Source: Camelus ferus
Lineage: Eukaryota
Assembly: GCF_009834535.1 (NCBI RefSeq)
Contig: NC_045696.1
Location: 54,252,001-54,316,000, forward strand
Length of the DNA: 64,000 nucleotides
Reading direction: 5' to 3'
Shown: piece by piece, positions 1 through 12,798 of the stretch
Layout: each line of letters opens with the position of its first letter
How positions within the stretch are numbered: the first letter of the stretch is position 1
Position numbers and translations under genes: made by a program
The notes under the pieces: generated by a model
Database searches by the model: none
What the model was told of the DNA's origin: nothing
The model's input: only the letters and a program-made list of their open reading frames with translations

Positions 1-14
1 CATCACTTCTAGAA

Positions 15-175
15 TTTTCATGAATTAACTCATTTAATCCTCATTACTTAGTATAACTAGATCCTGCTCTATCTTTTCAGGTGATAAAACAGAGAGATAG
101 AAAAATTAAGGAACTTGCCCATGGTTATAAGCTGCAAGTATGAGGTGGTTTTTGGACTCAGGCAATCTACTTCTA
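15..175 (-). mobile_element. MIR SINE fragment
   Basis: Matches the antisense MIR core (ctcatttaatcctca...aaggaacttgccc...ggactcaggcaatct); boundaries approximate. Confidence 0.7.
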
Positions 176-189
176 ACTACTAGGGAGGA

Positions 190-540
190 ATATGACTTAA
201 GACAATTAATCTGTGTCTTCCAGACCCCAATACCACAGTTTTAGGTTAGTAAGAGTTAGGTCTGGGGCTCTTTTAGAAATTACTGAGAAAAAGCAGTTTT
301 CTTTCTTTCCCACACTGGCTGCTGAAAGGACAGGATGGAGTTGGGAAACTTCAATACCACCTCAGTGCTGCCAGGGTAATCCAGAGATGGAGAAGTCCTG
401 AGCTCTGATGAGCCCCTGGATGCAGCTGTACCTGATGGGGATTTATTCCTTTCTCTGATAGGTGAGCCAATAGATTATTTTTCTTCATGCCAGCCGGAGT
501 CATGTTTTCTGTCATTTGAAATAAGCAAGTCCTTAATGAG
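190..540 (+). mobile_element. Old MaLR LTR fragment (MLT1J/K/L-like)
   Basis: MLT1-type 3' end: cccctggatgcagctgtacctga...gagccaatag...ttttctgtcatttg; diverged. Confidence 0.55.
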
Positions 541-2739
541 TAAGCAACTAAGCAACTGACTTAAAGCTCTAAGCTTCTAAAACTTAATACAATAACTTGT
601 ACAGGTTTGCTCTGCAAATAAGTATTAGTTTTCATTTTTTCTTACATAATTTCCAGGAGCAACAACTGTATGCTATTTATCTCTATTTTTCATAGTGCCT
701 AGAAAAGGGCTGAAAACATTAAAAAAAAATGAACACATATTGACAGATCAACTATCAGGATGAGAATTACATCCAGGAGAAATTAGACAGTAAGAATGTT
801 TCCACTCAACTTTTCCACTTCCAGTTCTGTGTGGGAACCCGAGAGGACACTGCTTTCAGCCTGGATCACAGGAGAGACCCTCCCAACAGGATTCTACAGA
901 TTGAACTTGACGCATAGGCATGAACTTTCCAGACTCATCCCAAGGCCACCTGATTAACCAAAGGTCCAGAAAGTATCTCCAGAAGAAAGATTTAAGGGAG
1001 CTGGGGAAGTGGAAGACAAGTTCCCTGAAGTTCCTGGCATCTGCCTGAGGGCACAGCTGGAGGTATTAATAATCATTTCCCTCATCAGACCACAGAAAAT
1101 GAGCATGGAGTGAGAGAGAGAGAGAGAAAAAAAAAAAAAAACAAGTGTTTTGCTGCCTCCTGTTTGAATTAATCTCTTCTGACAACTGCTGATTTGGGTT
1201 TGTGATCCTATCCTCCATATGTCTAGCTCTATTGGTCAATTAAGTGCAGAGAGTGATTGGCGGAAGCAGTGATGCTCTGCTTGATTACAGGAGGAGGTGT
1301 CACGCAGGATTCAGAACATGCAAAGCAGCCCATAGAGTCGGGCTTAAATGGAACTAAGCAGAGCAAGGGTGGTGGCCGGATACTGACAGGAGGGTGAGGG
1401 AGAGTCAGGGAACCTCAGTGTTCAGAGGGCTCTTGAAGCCAGCTGGACAACAGTCAGCTTCCCACGAGAAATAAACAAGTTCTGGAGAATTATTTAAGGG
1501 ATCCAAGGCTGGTGCAAAGTTAAGTCCCCTATCAACCACTCCACATCTGATTCTTCCAGATTGTCCAATTAATAAACCACTTTTGATAAGATGTCACAAT
1601 ATTTAAAACAGGAAATAACGTGGTATTTAACTTGGAGAGGACAACTTATACATTTGAAGAGATCGTCTAAAATAGAGTTAAGAACTGGAACAGGAGGACA
1701 CTTAAGTGAGAGGAAAACAATGTAGGAGCGATAAAGTGCACACATGACTGTGCAATAACGACAACACTCTGGAAGTGTGAGTTCTAGTCCTCCCTCTGCT
1801 AATGGCTTGTTGGTTACTTTGCATCAAGAAGCTTCTTTTCTTCATTGTCACCTCCTAATTTTCAAGGAGGCTGATGAAGGCAGCGGGGCATTGTGTAGTC
1901 TCAAAAATACAAAATCAAACTTGACCTCACAGCTCCGGAGAATGTTTTGACTGCAGCGATGGCAGCCCCCAATTTTTTTTATGAGTTTAATACTGAAGTA
2001 CCTCATGTGACTCTTGAAAAGAATAGCTAGTAAAAATGACTGTACACCGTTTTAGAAAAGAATGTTCTTTATCAATGCATAATAATCATCATAGCAGGCA
2101 CAAAGCTCATTTGAAAGTAAAATTATGCCAAGCAGCAGCTATGATTTTTTGGGATGGAGTCACAGACTTATAATGCCATAGAACATTAAGTCCTGTTTTC
2201 CACTTAGAAGAGATTTGATTTTCACATTAATTCCCAGTAATTTACCAAAGCCCCAAAACAAAGAAAGAAAGAAACAGGACCAAGTTTTGAACAACAAATG
2301 TTTATGATTTAGGGAGTAACACAGCAAATGTTTCAGTTGTTAAAAATAAAAATGTTTTAAAAAAATGGAGAAATATAGGTTGGATCCAAACTATTTAGGT
2401 GTGCTCTTAATTGACAGAATAACCATCCAGGAGTATTAATGCAGGGATTTACATCGCTCGGAAGGAAAAAATACTAACTTAGCAAAGGCTGAATTGTAGG
2501 TGCAATCCTATTGGACATATTTATTATTACATGGAGGGAGAATATATATACCTCAAGATGATCAATTCATTTCCCAAACTGTAAGAAGCAAAGCTAAGGC
2601 ATAACAGAAGCAAGATGCAAAATGAACTCTAGGTCATTTTAAACAAGTCAACAAAATAAGATCAAACGTGGGCAACAAACTAGTTTGCCTTAGCCCACCA
2701 CTTCACCATAAGTACCAACCAGAGAGCACAATTTTACAG

Positions 2740-3356
2740 CATGATATCCTTGGTCATTGTAGTTGACTACATGCCTCATTATAATTCCACAATGTGTTGT
2801 TGCTGTTGAGAGTACCCACGCATTCTTAGGCTTAACACAAGCACAGTGGTTTGAGCAAGGATGGTTACAGATCTGCTCTATTCCATGATTGTCACTGTAT
2901 AGAGGAAATATAGATTTTTAACTCTGGCCACTATACATAAAGATGTTGACAATATCTAGATCAAATGAATATAGCAGAAACAACTTGGAACACTGTCAAC
3001 CGAAGAAAAACGGAAGAAAGTGAATCAAAAGAGGGTGTGTTCGAGGGCAATGACAATAATTTAATTAAGTTAACTATTTAAAAAGATTTTTAATGGAGAA
3101 AAGCTGTAGACTTATTCTGAGAGGATCTATAAAAGAAAGAATGGGTAAAATTTTCAAAGAAATAGACTTTGGCTCAAATGAAGAGATCTTTTTAACAAGA
3201 AGAATAGTTTTCCTAATAAATAATGAGTTCCCTGACAGTAGAAGGAGCTCAAAAGAAACCATGCAAAAACTCACACAGTAAAAGAGATCTCAATTAAGCA
3301 TCTGGACTAAATGACTTCTGAAATCACTTCCAATTCTATGATTCCTTGATTCTATC
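2740..3356 (+). mobile_element. L3/CR1 LINE 3' fragment
   Basis: Ends with a CR1-type terminus ggactaaatgacttctgaaatcacttccaattctatgattccttgattctat; 5' boundary uncertain. Confidence 0.6.
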
Positions 3357-4849
3357 ACAATCGGAGAATTCTATAACTATTTATTGCACATCTAGAGGAA
3401 ACAGACTGTCTTGGGATGTATAAATCTTCCATTTAACTGTAATGATGGGAAATATAACATTAATAGAGTTAAATATAAATACATTTTATGTGTATGAAAG
3501 ATGAATAAAATCTAAGGCTAGCCCATCATAGTCTTTTTCTTAGAGAATGAATTATCTGTAAAAGAAAGAATAAATTCCTGATTACTATGAAAATACTGTA
3601 TGTGATGGATTTGTAGAAAGTAATGTACAAAAGTACCAGTCCCAAATGCTTAGGCACTCTCATTGAAGTCCTTGGGCTTCTAGAATTAAATTACTGTTAG
3701 AATTAAACAAGTTTATATATATACTGAAATATATATACATATATATATTTTTTTTCCAGAACACCCTCTGAAACAAAGGGCTGTATGAATATTAGCTATT
3801 ATAACAGCTGCTTAAAATTTTCTGAAAAACAGGACTAGAAGTATTCAAGAGAAGATGGATATGCTTTCAAAATTCTTGTGCATAAAATAAATCAATTGAT
3901 CAATTGATGGACAATATATGTCTGTATTTTATTTCACTACTGTACCTATGTATTTGGTATTAGCCTTCTGGGATAGCTGTATGCTAAAAACTGATTATTG
4001 TACTGCTGTCATTATCATCGCCTGATGATGGAAAATAAACCACAAAAAATCAAGTCTACTAATTTTACCCATTACCTAGCTTTTGCAAAAGCTGAAATCT
4101 AACAACCTGGAGTAAGATCCACACATGCCTTTTTTGTCCTTACAGCATCCAAAGGGAGTGGTGTCAACGAATGGCCAAACGACAGAAAGTCACAAGGCAG
4201 CCTGTCTAATTATTAAATTGTATATCTGGCTTCTGTATAAATGAGAGCTGATTATATGTCTAAATTACTGGTTATCTAAAAACAGAGAAGTGTATTTTTA
4301 AAATAACAACATTCAAACTGGGTCACCTGATGAGATGAAAATAAGCTGTTAAAGTCAAAATATTTAAACAAACAATATCAACAACAAGGAACATTATAAA
4401 ACACACAGCATCAGTTTGTTCACTTCCTAGTTAATATGGCAGAAATTGGCAGTGTCTTCACAGTTATTGTCCATAATGTGAAAATTTGAATAGAAATATT
4501 GTCTTTATTCAGAACCAAGATGTCCACCTTTATATGTCTACTTGGCCTGTCTAGATTGAAGCACAATCAATGCCAAATAAGGGATGTGAGAAAACATGAC
4601 ATACTTAAACAAATCCCATGAAAAAAAAACCCTGCATTTTTCTTCAGATAATAGACCTAAATTTTTATTTATCCTTTGACCTTCAGGAAAGCCTATTTCT
4701 GTCATAGTCCTGATTTTCAAAAGAAAGCAAGTCATTCACTGATTTCTCCTTCTTTTCTTCACTGTCTTTAATGGAAATGCTAATGATAACATTCTACTAA
4801 ACAATTCTTCTTCTGGAAATTAGGAAGTATTGCCTAGTCTTTGAGAATG

Positions 4850-5010
4850 TGACCTCTGATTAAAGCTCTAGTTCCAATGTTTTCTAGCTCTATGGCCTTG
4901 GGAAAGTTTTTTATCCTCTCCAAGCCTCAGGGTTCTTATCTGTACAATGGAGACATGAGTACCATGCCTCACTGAGTTCTGTGAAGAATAAGGTACACAT
5001 TAAGTGATTA
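4850..5010 (+). mobile_element. MIR SINE fragment
   Basis: ggccttgggaaag...aagcctcagggttcttatctgtacaatgg matches the MIR core. Confidence 0.7.
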
Positions 5011-5689
5011 GCCTAATTATACAGTTATACTAAATTGTCTTTATATCAAAATGAGTCAGTCATTGGAGAGTTATTCATTTGGGACAAACAGAGCACAATC
5101 TTCCTCAGAACTAACTTCATGGTCTTTAGTTTAAGAACATTCTCTCATTGTTTACTGAGGGTAGAAATAAAAGACTTCACAATAAAGCATGGTTTTGGAT
5201 TTGCTATAACATGTTTAAAAGCATTCTCCATTATGATATTAACCATCCTCTCTTTAAGTTTTCATAAAATAACTACATTTTAGCGTGTATTACCACAAAA
5301 AAAGTTTGTCTCTCTTGAATAGACTTCTGAATTCTGTCAGTTAATGAACAAATAGACTTCTCTTTATTGTTTTGGCTTCTAGGAAACTCAGAGTGTATTT
5401 TACATTCATGTTTGTCTCATACTTTTTTCTATTATAAATATTGTATAACTATCATGCTAATAAACTGATTCAAATATTTTATAATGTGATCTGGAGAAGA
5501 GATTATTTTTAAAAGTACAATGTGACTAGAATTTATCCTACTTCACAAAAATAATAAAAATAGAAGTTTTATATTTTATATAAGTATACATTAAAATTAT
5601 ATATAGATACTATATTTTCATAAATAGTAAACAAAAGATAATGCTTACTACTGTTATAGGTGTGGAAAGAAAGGCATACAGCCAGATGA

Positions 5690-6180
5690 TGGTCAAAAAA
5701 AATGGTAAATCTTTATAAATGACCTTAAATAGGTAAAACTAACTCAAAAATAATTTTTGTTTCTAGAAATCTATTATTTCTAAGAAATTAACCATAAATA
5801 AGAATAAAAGTTTATGTACAAATATATTCACTGCAGCATTAAAATTATAAAAATATTTTATGGAAATATTTCCAGCCAAAGGAAATCATGAACTAGTGAA
5901 ATGCATGTAACTCCAATTGTCACATTTTTAAATAAATTATTTTACTTAAAAGAATAATGTTAAGTGGAAAAAGAAACAAAAAGTAAATTCTGCTTAAAGT
6001 GATGTTGAAAAATTATACTTAGACACACAGATATAACATTTAAAAGATTAGAAGGAAATACATCAAAATATTAACATTGCTTGTATCTTTGTAATAGGAT
6101 AACCAAGGGTCTTTCTTTTTTCTTTTGATTTTTCCATGTTTTCAGATCTTATACAATGAATATCACACTAATCAGAAAAA
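5690..6180 (+). mobile_element. Ancient L1M (L1MC/L1ME-like) 3' fragment
   Basis: Diverged L1M 3' motifs (atattcactgcagcatt; gaaggaaatacatcaaaatattaaca; ends taatcagaaaaa). Confidence 0.5.
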
Positions 6181-7938
6181 GCAAACAAAAACATTTTTGG
6201 GGAAAAATGTGAAAGAGGGAAGACATGAAGAACTTTGATATTACTTTAATTAAGAGTCTCATTAGGGAGCATGTATAGGCAAAGGAATTTATTATTTGAC
6301 TTTACTATACCTTGAGATCAGTGTATTTAGGATGCTTTTGAGTTCTGAGATAATGTGCATTCACCAAAACACCCCAATTCCGCAAAGCACTAAAAATTAT
6401 GTAAGAAATAGTTGGAAGCAAACTTGATAATCACAGTTAACCTTATTCATTACGGAGCTTTTCAACGTGTTAGCCCACTCATCTTATGTTGAATGGATTC
6501 TGGCAGCATTCTCGAAGGTCAGCAGATTGTGTATCAATGCTTTTCTTACTCAAAGAAGTTGATTCACTCAAGTTCATTCACAGCTCTCGCATGTGGAATC
6601 TAGACTCTAACTCACTTGAATTCGTCTTTAGATTTAAACTCTGGGAAAATCATGGGTCAGGAGACTCACAGTTTTTCAGTGTCTTTTATCTCTCTCTCCC
6701 TTTGTCTCCCTGTTTAACCACAAAGCAGTATTACCTACATCTACGTAAACCAGTTAGGCTAGTGCCTTGAACTTCGAGCACATGCTGTATTTGTTAAATA
6801 AATAAAAGGGAGAATTTTTATATTGGCTTGAAGGAAATATCACTCTGTATCTCCATTACAAAGAATCTGTGTTCATTTTTACCTTTTAAGGGAAAAAAAT
6901 CCAGTCAAAACTTTTGTTGATTAAACCTTTTTTTTCCTATTAGCCTCAGTTAGGTGTGAACAATAGGACTTCTCTTATTTTCAGAAGAAGAGAGTTAGTT
7001 CCATGTGTCTCTCATTCCATTTCTATCATTCTGCCCAAAACCAAACAAAAGTCAGGTACTGGTTGGCTGTACATGGGGTACACTCTGCAATCCCATGTAC
7101 ATTGATGCTAGCACCATTGCAGCAGGCCTTCAAAATTGGCCCTGTCACTTTAAATATAATAGACAATAAATCATCCCTCTGAGACAGCCTCTAAGGAAAA
7201 CAGGGAAAAAATAGAAATAGCATTTAAAAGCCCTTTTCTATTACAGTGCCTCTAGGGAGCTTTTAAAATTGGAACTCCTTTAAAGTGAATTGTATGCTTT
7301 TGGGGACTTTTAAAAGCGCTTCGAGAATTAACCTTGCAATTCCATGACCAAATCTTCCATTAGATCCTTTAATTTGGGATCTTTGTTATGCTAGTATTGT
7401 CATATTTTCTTGTCTTCTCTGAACTGCTGTCCTTGGTATTCCAATCAACCTGTTTCCTCAGTGCTTTATATACTCTATGTATTTCTTACTCCTTCCTCTC
7501 CAACCTTCTGCTGGATGTTTGTTTGGTCTTTCTTTCCTTCTTCCTTTTCTTTTTTCCTTTATCAGATCTACTTTTAGTTACCTCTCCTCTGAGTTCCCTT
7601 TGGTCTTCTGTAACTTAGACATAGATAATCCTATCCAACCATGCAGATGATCCAGAATTTCCCACTTGGTTGGATAAAGCCACCTTTCTCCTCCTAGAGC
7701 TGAATTTTCCAAGGCACAGCTGAACCCCATCCATCCCTTTCTCATAAGCCTCCCCTCTCTTATATTTCTGGCCCTTTCTAATCGATAAGAGAAGAATACT
7801 AGGATAACAAAGAAATGTGATGTATTTTAGTCAGGAAAAGAAACAATCAAATCCTTAAAGGAATAAAAAGTAGATATAAATATATAAAGCACAGTGTTAT
7901 ATGAAGGGTCAGGGTTGACATTAAGAACAGGTGATACA

Positions 7939-8060
7939 GGGGGAGGGTGTAGCTCAGTGACAGAGTGCATGCCTAACATGCATGAGATCCTGGGGTCAAT
8001 CCCCAGGACCTCCATTAAACATAAATAAATAAAAAAGCCTGATTACATCTCCCCAAAATT

Positions 8061-8128
<68 letters not shown>
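7939..8128 (+). mobile_element. tRNA-derived SINE (camelid Vic-1-like), full length with (TAAA)n tail
   Basis: Head gggggagggtgtagctcagtg (A box), B-box-like gggtcaatccc, long (TAAA)n tail; 16-bp TSD aagaacaggtgataca (7923-7938) / aagaataggtgataca (8129-8144). Confidence 0.9.
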
Positions 8129-8840
8129 AAGAATAGGTGATACAAAATCACAGCCCTGCCCTTGTATATGCAGGACTCATTACAATGAATCAAGTCCATA
8201 TAGCATTACATGACCCAATAAAACAGTACAGCTCAACAGATTTTATTATTTTTACATATTAAAAATCTATACTGAACAAAACACAGTTCATCTTAATATT
8301 GAAAAAGTACACACTCAAGGTACTGCTTGACACTAGTAGGACACATCTTCTTAGACCCCCCTGCTCTGTGAAGAGAGGGAGTAGAAATCCAACTCAATAT
8401 TGGGCTGGTATCTTTTGATAAATTGGGAAGGCTGAAGTATGAAGCAAAAAGCATTGAGAAAAGATTATTCTGACACCTTTTGGATTTATAGACTTCCAAG
8501 CTCCATTCATCTCCTCTGACCTGCCAGAGTCACTCTAGCCACCTCCTGGGTGAGTGCTTATTACCAACAAGGCAGCAATCGAATTATTGCAGAGAATTTA
8601 CTGAGTGAGATAAATAAAAGCTGCCTAAGTCAGGATTTCTCATAGTGCTTTCTCTGGAATATATGTCTCAGGGGAAGCTCTACCAACATCCCAGAGACCC
8701 TAAGTGTGGTCTACACTGCATGTCTTAACCACTCTGCAGGGTCCATTAGCAGAGTAAAGGACCTGAGATGTGCTACCCCCAAAAAAGCTGTACAGTTTTG
8801 TTTCTCCCAGCATTTACCCAAAGCCTGTGTGTGGCATTCT

Positions 8841-8976
8841 TTTATTGATTTTATGTTTTATTTTGGTGGGGGAGGTAATTAGGCTTATTTATTTATTTAA
8901 TGGAGGACTGGAGATTGAACCCAGGACCTCATGCATGCTAAGCAACCACTCTACTACTGAGCTATACTGTCCCCCC
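8841..8976 (-). mobile_element. tRNA-derived SINE (Vic-1-like)
   Basis: Reverse complement of the 7939 element; degenerate TSD gtgtggcattct (8829-8840) / atggggcattct (8977-8988). Confidence 0.88.
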
Positions 8977-9399
8977 ATGGGGCATTCTCATTTTAAGGAA
9001 AAAAAAAAAAAGATGATAATTCTTTGAAAACTTTGGAAAGCCTAGACTAGAGACTTGTCCAAAAGAAGATCCTATCCGGGGAAACTATTCTGGAATTTCG
9101 GACTCAGTGATGATCCTTAAGCCAAGTGATTAGAGGAAGAAAACCAGTTAAGAAGGAATACTGCAGGTTTGTATTAATGATTTCTACCACTAGAAGAGAG
9201 AGAGATGTACCAGCAGATCACAGTCATTAAAAATGACCCATCGGTGGACAGCAAATTACATACTGGGGAACCAGGGCCAGAGAAAAATCAAAGAGGTGGA
9301 GGTCATGTTTTATTTCACTTGTAGCACTTCTTCAACTTCAGTCCTAACCAAACCTGATTAAAGTAAATCCCTTTTTTACAGCCTGTGGAGTCTATAAGA

Positions 9400-9760
9400 T
9401 TATGGTGTTAATGGAAGTGCGATTCGATCCGTCAGTAATGGTGCATGTCGGGACCCTGGCGCCTCTGACAAGTCCATTTTTTAAGACGTATTTATTGTTT
9501 TTTTTTTTTCTCCCTTCTGTTCTCTGCATTGCGGGGTTTAATTGAACAGTTTAAAGTGATTCTTCTTCAAGGTCCATTAATTGATTTTATTTGTGTATTC
9601 TCTAGGGGTCAAGGAAAAGGGGAAAAAAACCCAGTAAAATTGCAGTTCTGGTTTTCACTGACATATTCTCCATGGCAATTCATAGCTCTAATTTTGTGTT
9701 TCTTTCCCCCGCCTCAGTCTTTTTTCTTATGATTTTCACAAGGTGCAACTGTCTATGTTT
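9400..9760. promoter_or_regulatory. Candidate conserved non-coding element / enhancer
   Basis: No recognisable repeat; seven CpGs in 9420-9533 against a CpG-depleted background; TAATTG/ATTAAT homeodomain cores. Function inferred. Confidence 0.4.
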
Positions 9761-10779
9761 GTTTGGTTTTATATTCAATTCGGATGATGGTCACCATTAA
9801 GGAAATAATAAAGCGTACCCAAATCTGATAAACTATGCAGTATCTAGGAGTTCTTCCTGATAACCCTATTGAAAGAGGAAGATTTCAGTGAAACAGTCAT
9901 AAAACCTTATATTCTTTTGGTGCAACAATACACCACGGCATTTTCTATCTGTCAGAATAGGACAAAGCCTCGAGTCTGAGATAGCGACATACATATGCAC
10001 ACAGTGAGTTCATATTTACTCACAGAACCCACCACTAGACCATAGTGGTTTTACATCTGTTAAATAAGAATGAAGATGGTACATGGATTACAAAATAGTA
10101 TACTCAGTTAGTGGACAATTTAGATAAAAACTGGGATCCTGCAAACAAGGGTGGAAGCTATACATGCGTGTACACATGTCATGATATCATACCTCAAGAG
10201 ACTTTGTCCTATCATAACAGTGTCTATGTCACACCGTTATGTCACACAATATAATCTATGTCATTGTGGATGTCTATTTTTATTAGGCAGTACTTAATCC
10301 TTACAATGATCTTATGCAGCAAGTATGACCATCACCCCTCAATTGTCAATGCCTGAGTCTCAGAGATGTGACATAATCTGATAAGAATATGGGAGGAGTT
10401 TAAATATGGGTCTAATGTACTCCAATGCCTCTACTTTTCCAATATTTAAATATACTATTGCCTTGGAAGCTTAGTTTTCAATGGATTTTATTTCATTAAA
10501 GATTAAACTATAATAAAATCATTTAGGCAGATGTGTATATTTTTTGTCACCACTGCTTCCCCAGGATAGGTGCTAAACAACCATTAGTTGAATGATCAGA
10601 TAAGACATCTGTCCCATCACTACCATTTTTTTTTCTTTGAGCTTTATTCCAAGACCAGTGCTTTGTGGGCACTGTGCTAACAAGGCTGGCATAAAAGATG
10701 AGAAAACGACAGGGCAAACAAACACCAATCTGTACCCAACACTTGGTGTACAAATTGCCTCCAGCCTCTTGGTCATGCT

Positions 10780-10871
10780 ATGTTTTGTTTCTAATGGAAG
10801 TACTGGGGATTGAACCCTGGACCTCACACACGGTAAGCACATGCTCTACCACTGAGCTATACCCCCACCCC
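10780..10871 (-). mobile_element. tRNA-derived SINE (Vic-1-like), short-tailed copy
   Basis: gtactggggattgaaccctggacctc...gctctaccactgagctataccccc, same family in antisense. Confidence 0.85.
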
Positions 10872-12082
10872 TATGGTTACCTTTTTGTTTCTTCTCAAGT
10901 CATATCCCTTCTCTCTGCTCAGTTCCTGCCCTTTACTCCAATTTCCTCGACCAAGTCCCCAAAGATTCTTCAGCTTAGGTCATTCTTTAAAAACGTAGGT
11001 CAAATTTATCTTCAGCATACACTAGTGAAAATCCATCATGGGCTTCTGTTTCCAACTACCTTTCTCTGAAAGTTTTGAGAGACATTGGGGTTTAAGACTG
11101 AGATGGAGACAAAGTGGGTGAAGGGGATTATATAGGAGAGAATATATCAGAAGAAGTGTTTATTTGTTTATTTTTTGTTTTCTTATTTTATTTTTGCCAA
11201 TAGCTGAGAGGAGAAAGTAACAAGTCCCCAATTTACTTGCAGTAGATCAATAGAACAACTTCACATAAAAAGGACATGTATTTGAGAGTGTGTCAACAAA
11301 CTGGAAATCTCAGAAGAGTAATCCTCCCATTGAAGGGGTGCAGTCTATGTTCCCTATAGTCATATATTTCAGAAAAAACACCATCCCATTTCTCATCTAT
11401 ACATAGCTATGTCTCTTCTTCCTTCCCTCCACCTAGGACATCCACCTTCCTGGGACTCCTTTATCTCCAAACCTTTGACAACGTTTACTAGTTTCGTGAG
11501 ACCCTGTTCAGTTATCATTTTGGGGATGATGTCTATTTGCTGATAGATACTACCAGTAAAATCCTTCAAAGGTCCAGTTAGAAATAGGCTAAGGAGGGCT
11601 TGTCCCATTCTGAAGTCAGGTGTAGCAACTAGGCATGGTTGAAAGGAGCAGGTACACAATCCCCAAATGATAGTGGCAGTTGATGAAGACTATGAAGGCA
11701 AAGAAAGCAGGTTTATTTTAGGGGAATAGTTACAAGAAAAGAGAACATGCTTGCAAACGTGACCTGATCTTAAGCACCAACAGAACGGTGTGCAGAAAGG
11801 GCCACACTGCTGGATGTGTGCCCCATTCTGGGTCTCCAGAGCCTGCGGATACCCATGTCAAAACACATGTTACATTCTACCATAAGCTTTGGTTTGCATG
11901 GGTTTCCCCTTAAAACTGAATCAAGTCATGCTCCTCTCTCTCTACATATATCCCTTCCATCTTTAAGTACCAGGTATATAAGAGATGCTCAATAAATACA
12001 TTCTAGCACAAATCAAAGAATGAATGAGAAGGAAATCCTTTTATAAGAACTACCATAAAATTATGATAGATGTGCAATTATT

Positions 12083-12798
12083 CCATTATGGAAAACAGTA
12101 TGGAGATTCCTTTAAAAACTAAAAATAGACCTACCATATGAGCCAGCAAGCCCATTCCTGGCAAGTATCTGCAGGGAGCTCTAACTCAAAAAGATATATG
12201 CACTCCAATATTCACAGCAGCACTATTTACAACAGCTAAGACATGGAAACAACCTAAATGTCCATTGACATAGGAGTGGATAAAGAAGGTGTGGTATATT
12301 TATACAGTGGAATACTACTCAGCCATACTAATAGTAAAATAATGCCATTTGCAGCAATATGAATTGACCTGGAGACTGTCATTCTAAGTGACAGAAGTAA
12401 GCCAGAAAGAGAAAGAAAAATACCAGTATGCTATCACTTATACAGTGGAATCTAAAAAAAAAGAAAAAAGGAAAGAAAGAAATGAACTTATTTACAAAAC
12501 AGAAACAGACACACAGACATAGAAAACAAACTTGTGGTTACCGGGGGAAAGAGGGATGGGAAGGGATAAATTGGGAGTTCAGGATGTGCAGAAAGTAACT
12601 ATTAAATATAAAATAGATAAACAAGTTTATATTATATAGCACAGGGAACTATATTCAATATCTTGCAGTAACCTATACTGAAAAAGAATATGAAAATGAA
12701 TATATGTATGTATATTATGACTGAAATGTGCTGTACATCAGAAATTGACATAACATTGTAAACTGAATCTACTTCAATAAAAAAAGAAAAAAAAATAA
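12083..12798 (+). mobile_element. 5'-truncated L1 (ORF2 C-terminal remnant, 3'UTR, polyA)
   Basis: Typical L1 end (gaatactactcagccata, gcacagggaactatattcaatatc, cttcaataaaaaa); degenerate TSD gtgcaattatt (12072-12082) / gtacaattctt (12799-12809). Confidence 0.92.

Noticed and set aside
7939..8015. tRNA gene (also 8900-8976 and 10795-10871)
   Set aside because: A/B-box heads are followed by SINE body, A-rich tail and TSDs, so these are retroposed SINEs.
11393..11659. 88-aa minus-strand ORF
   Set aside because: Non-ATG start, no recognisable homology and no convincing splice boundaries.
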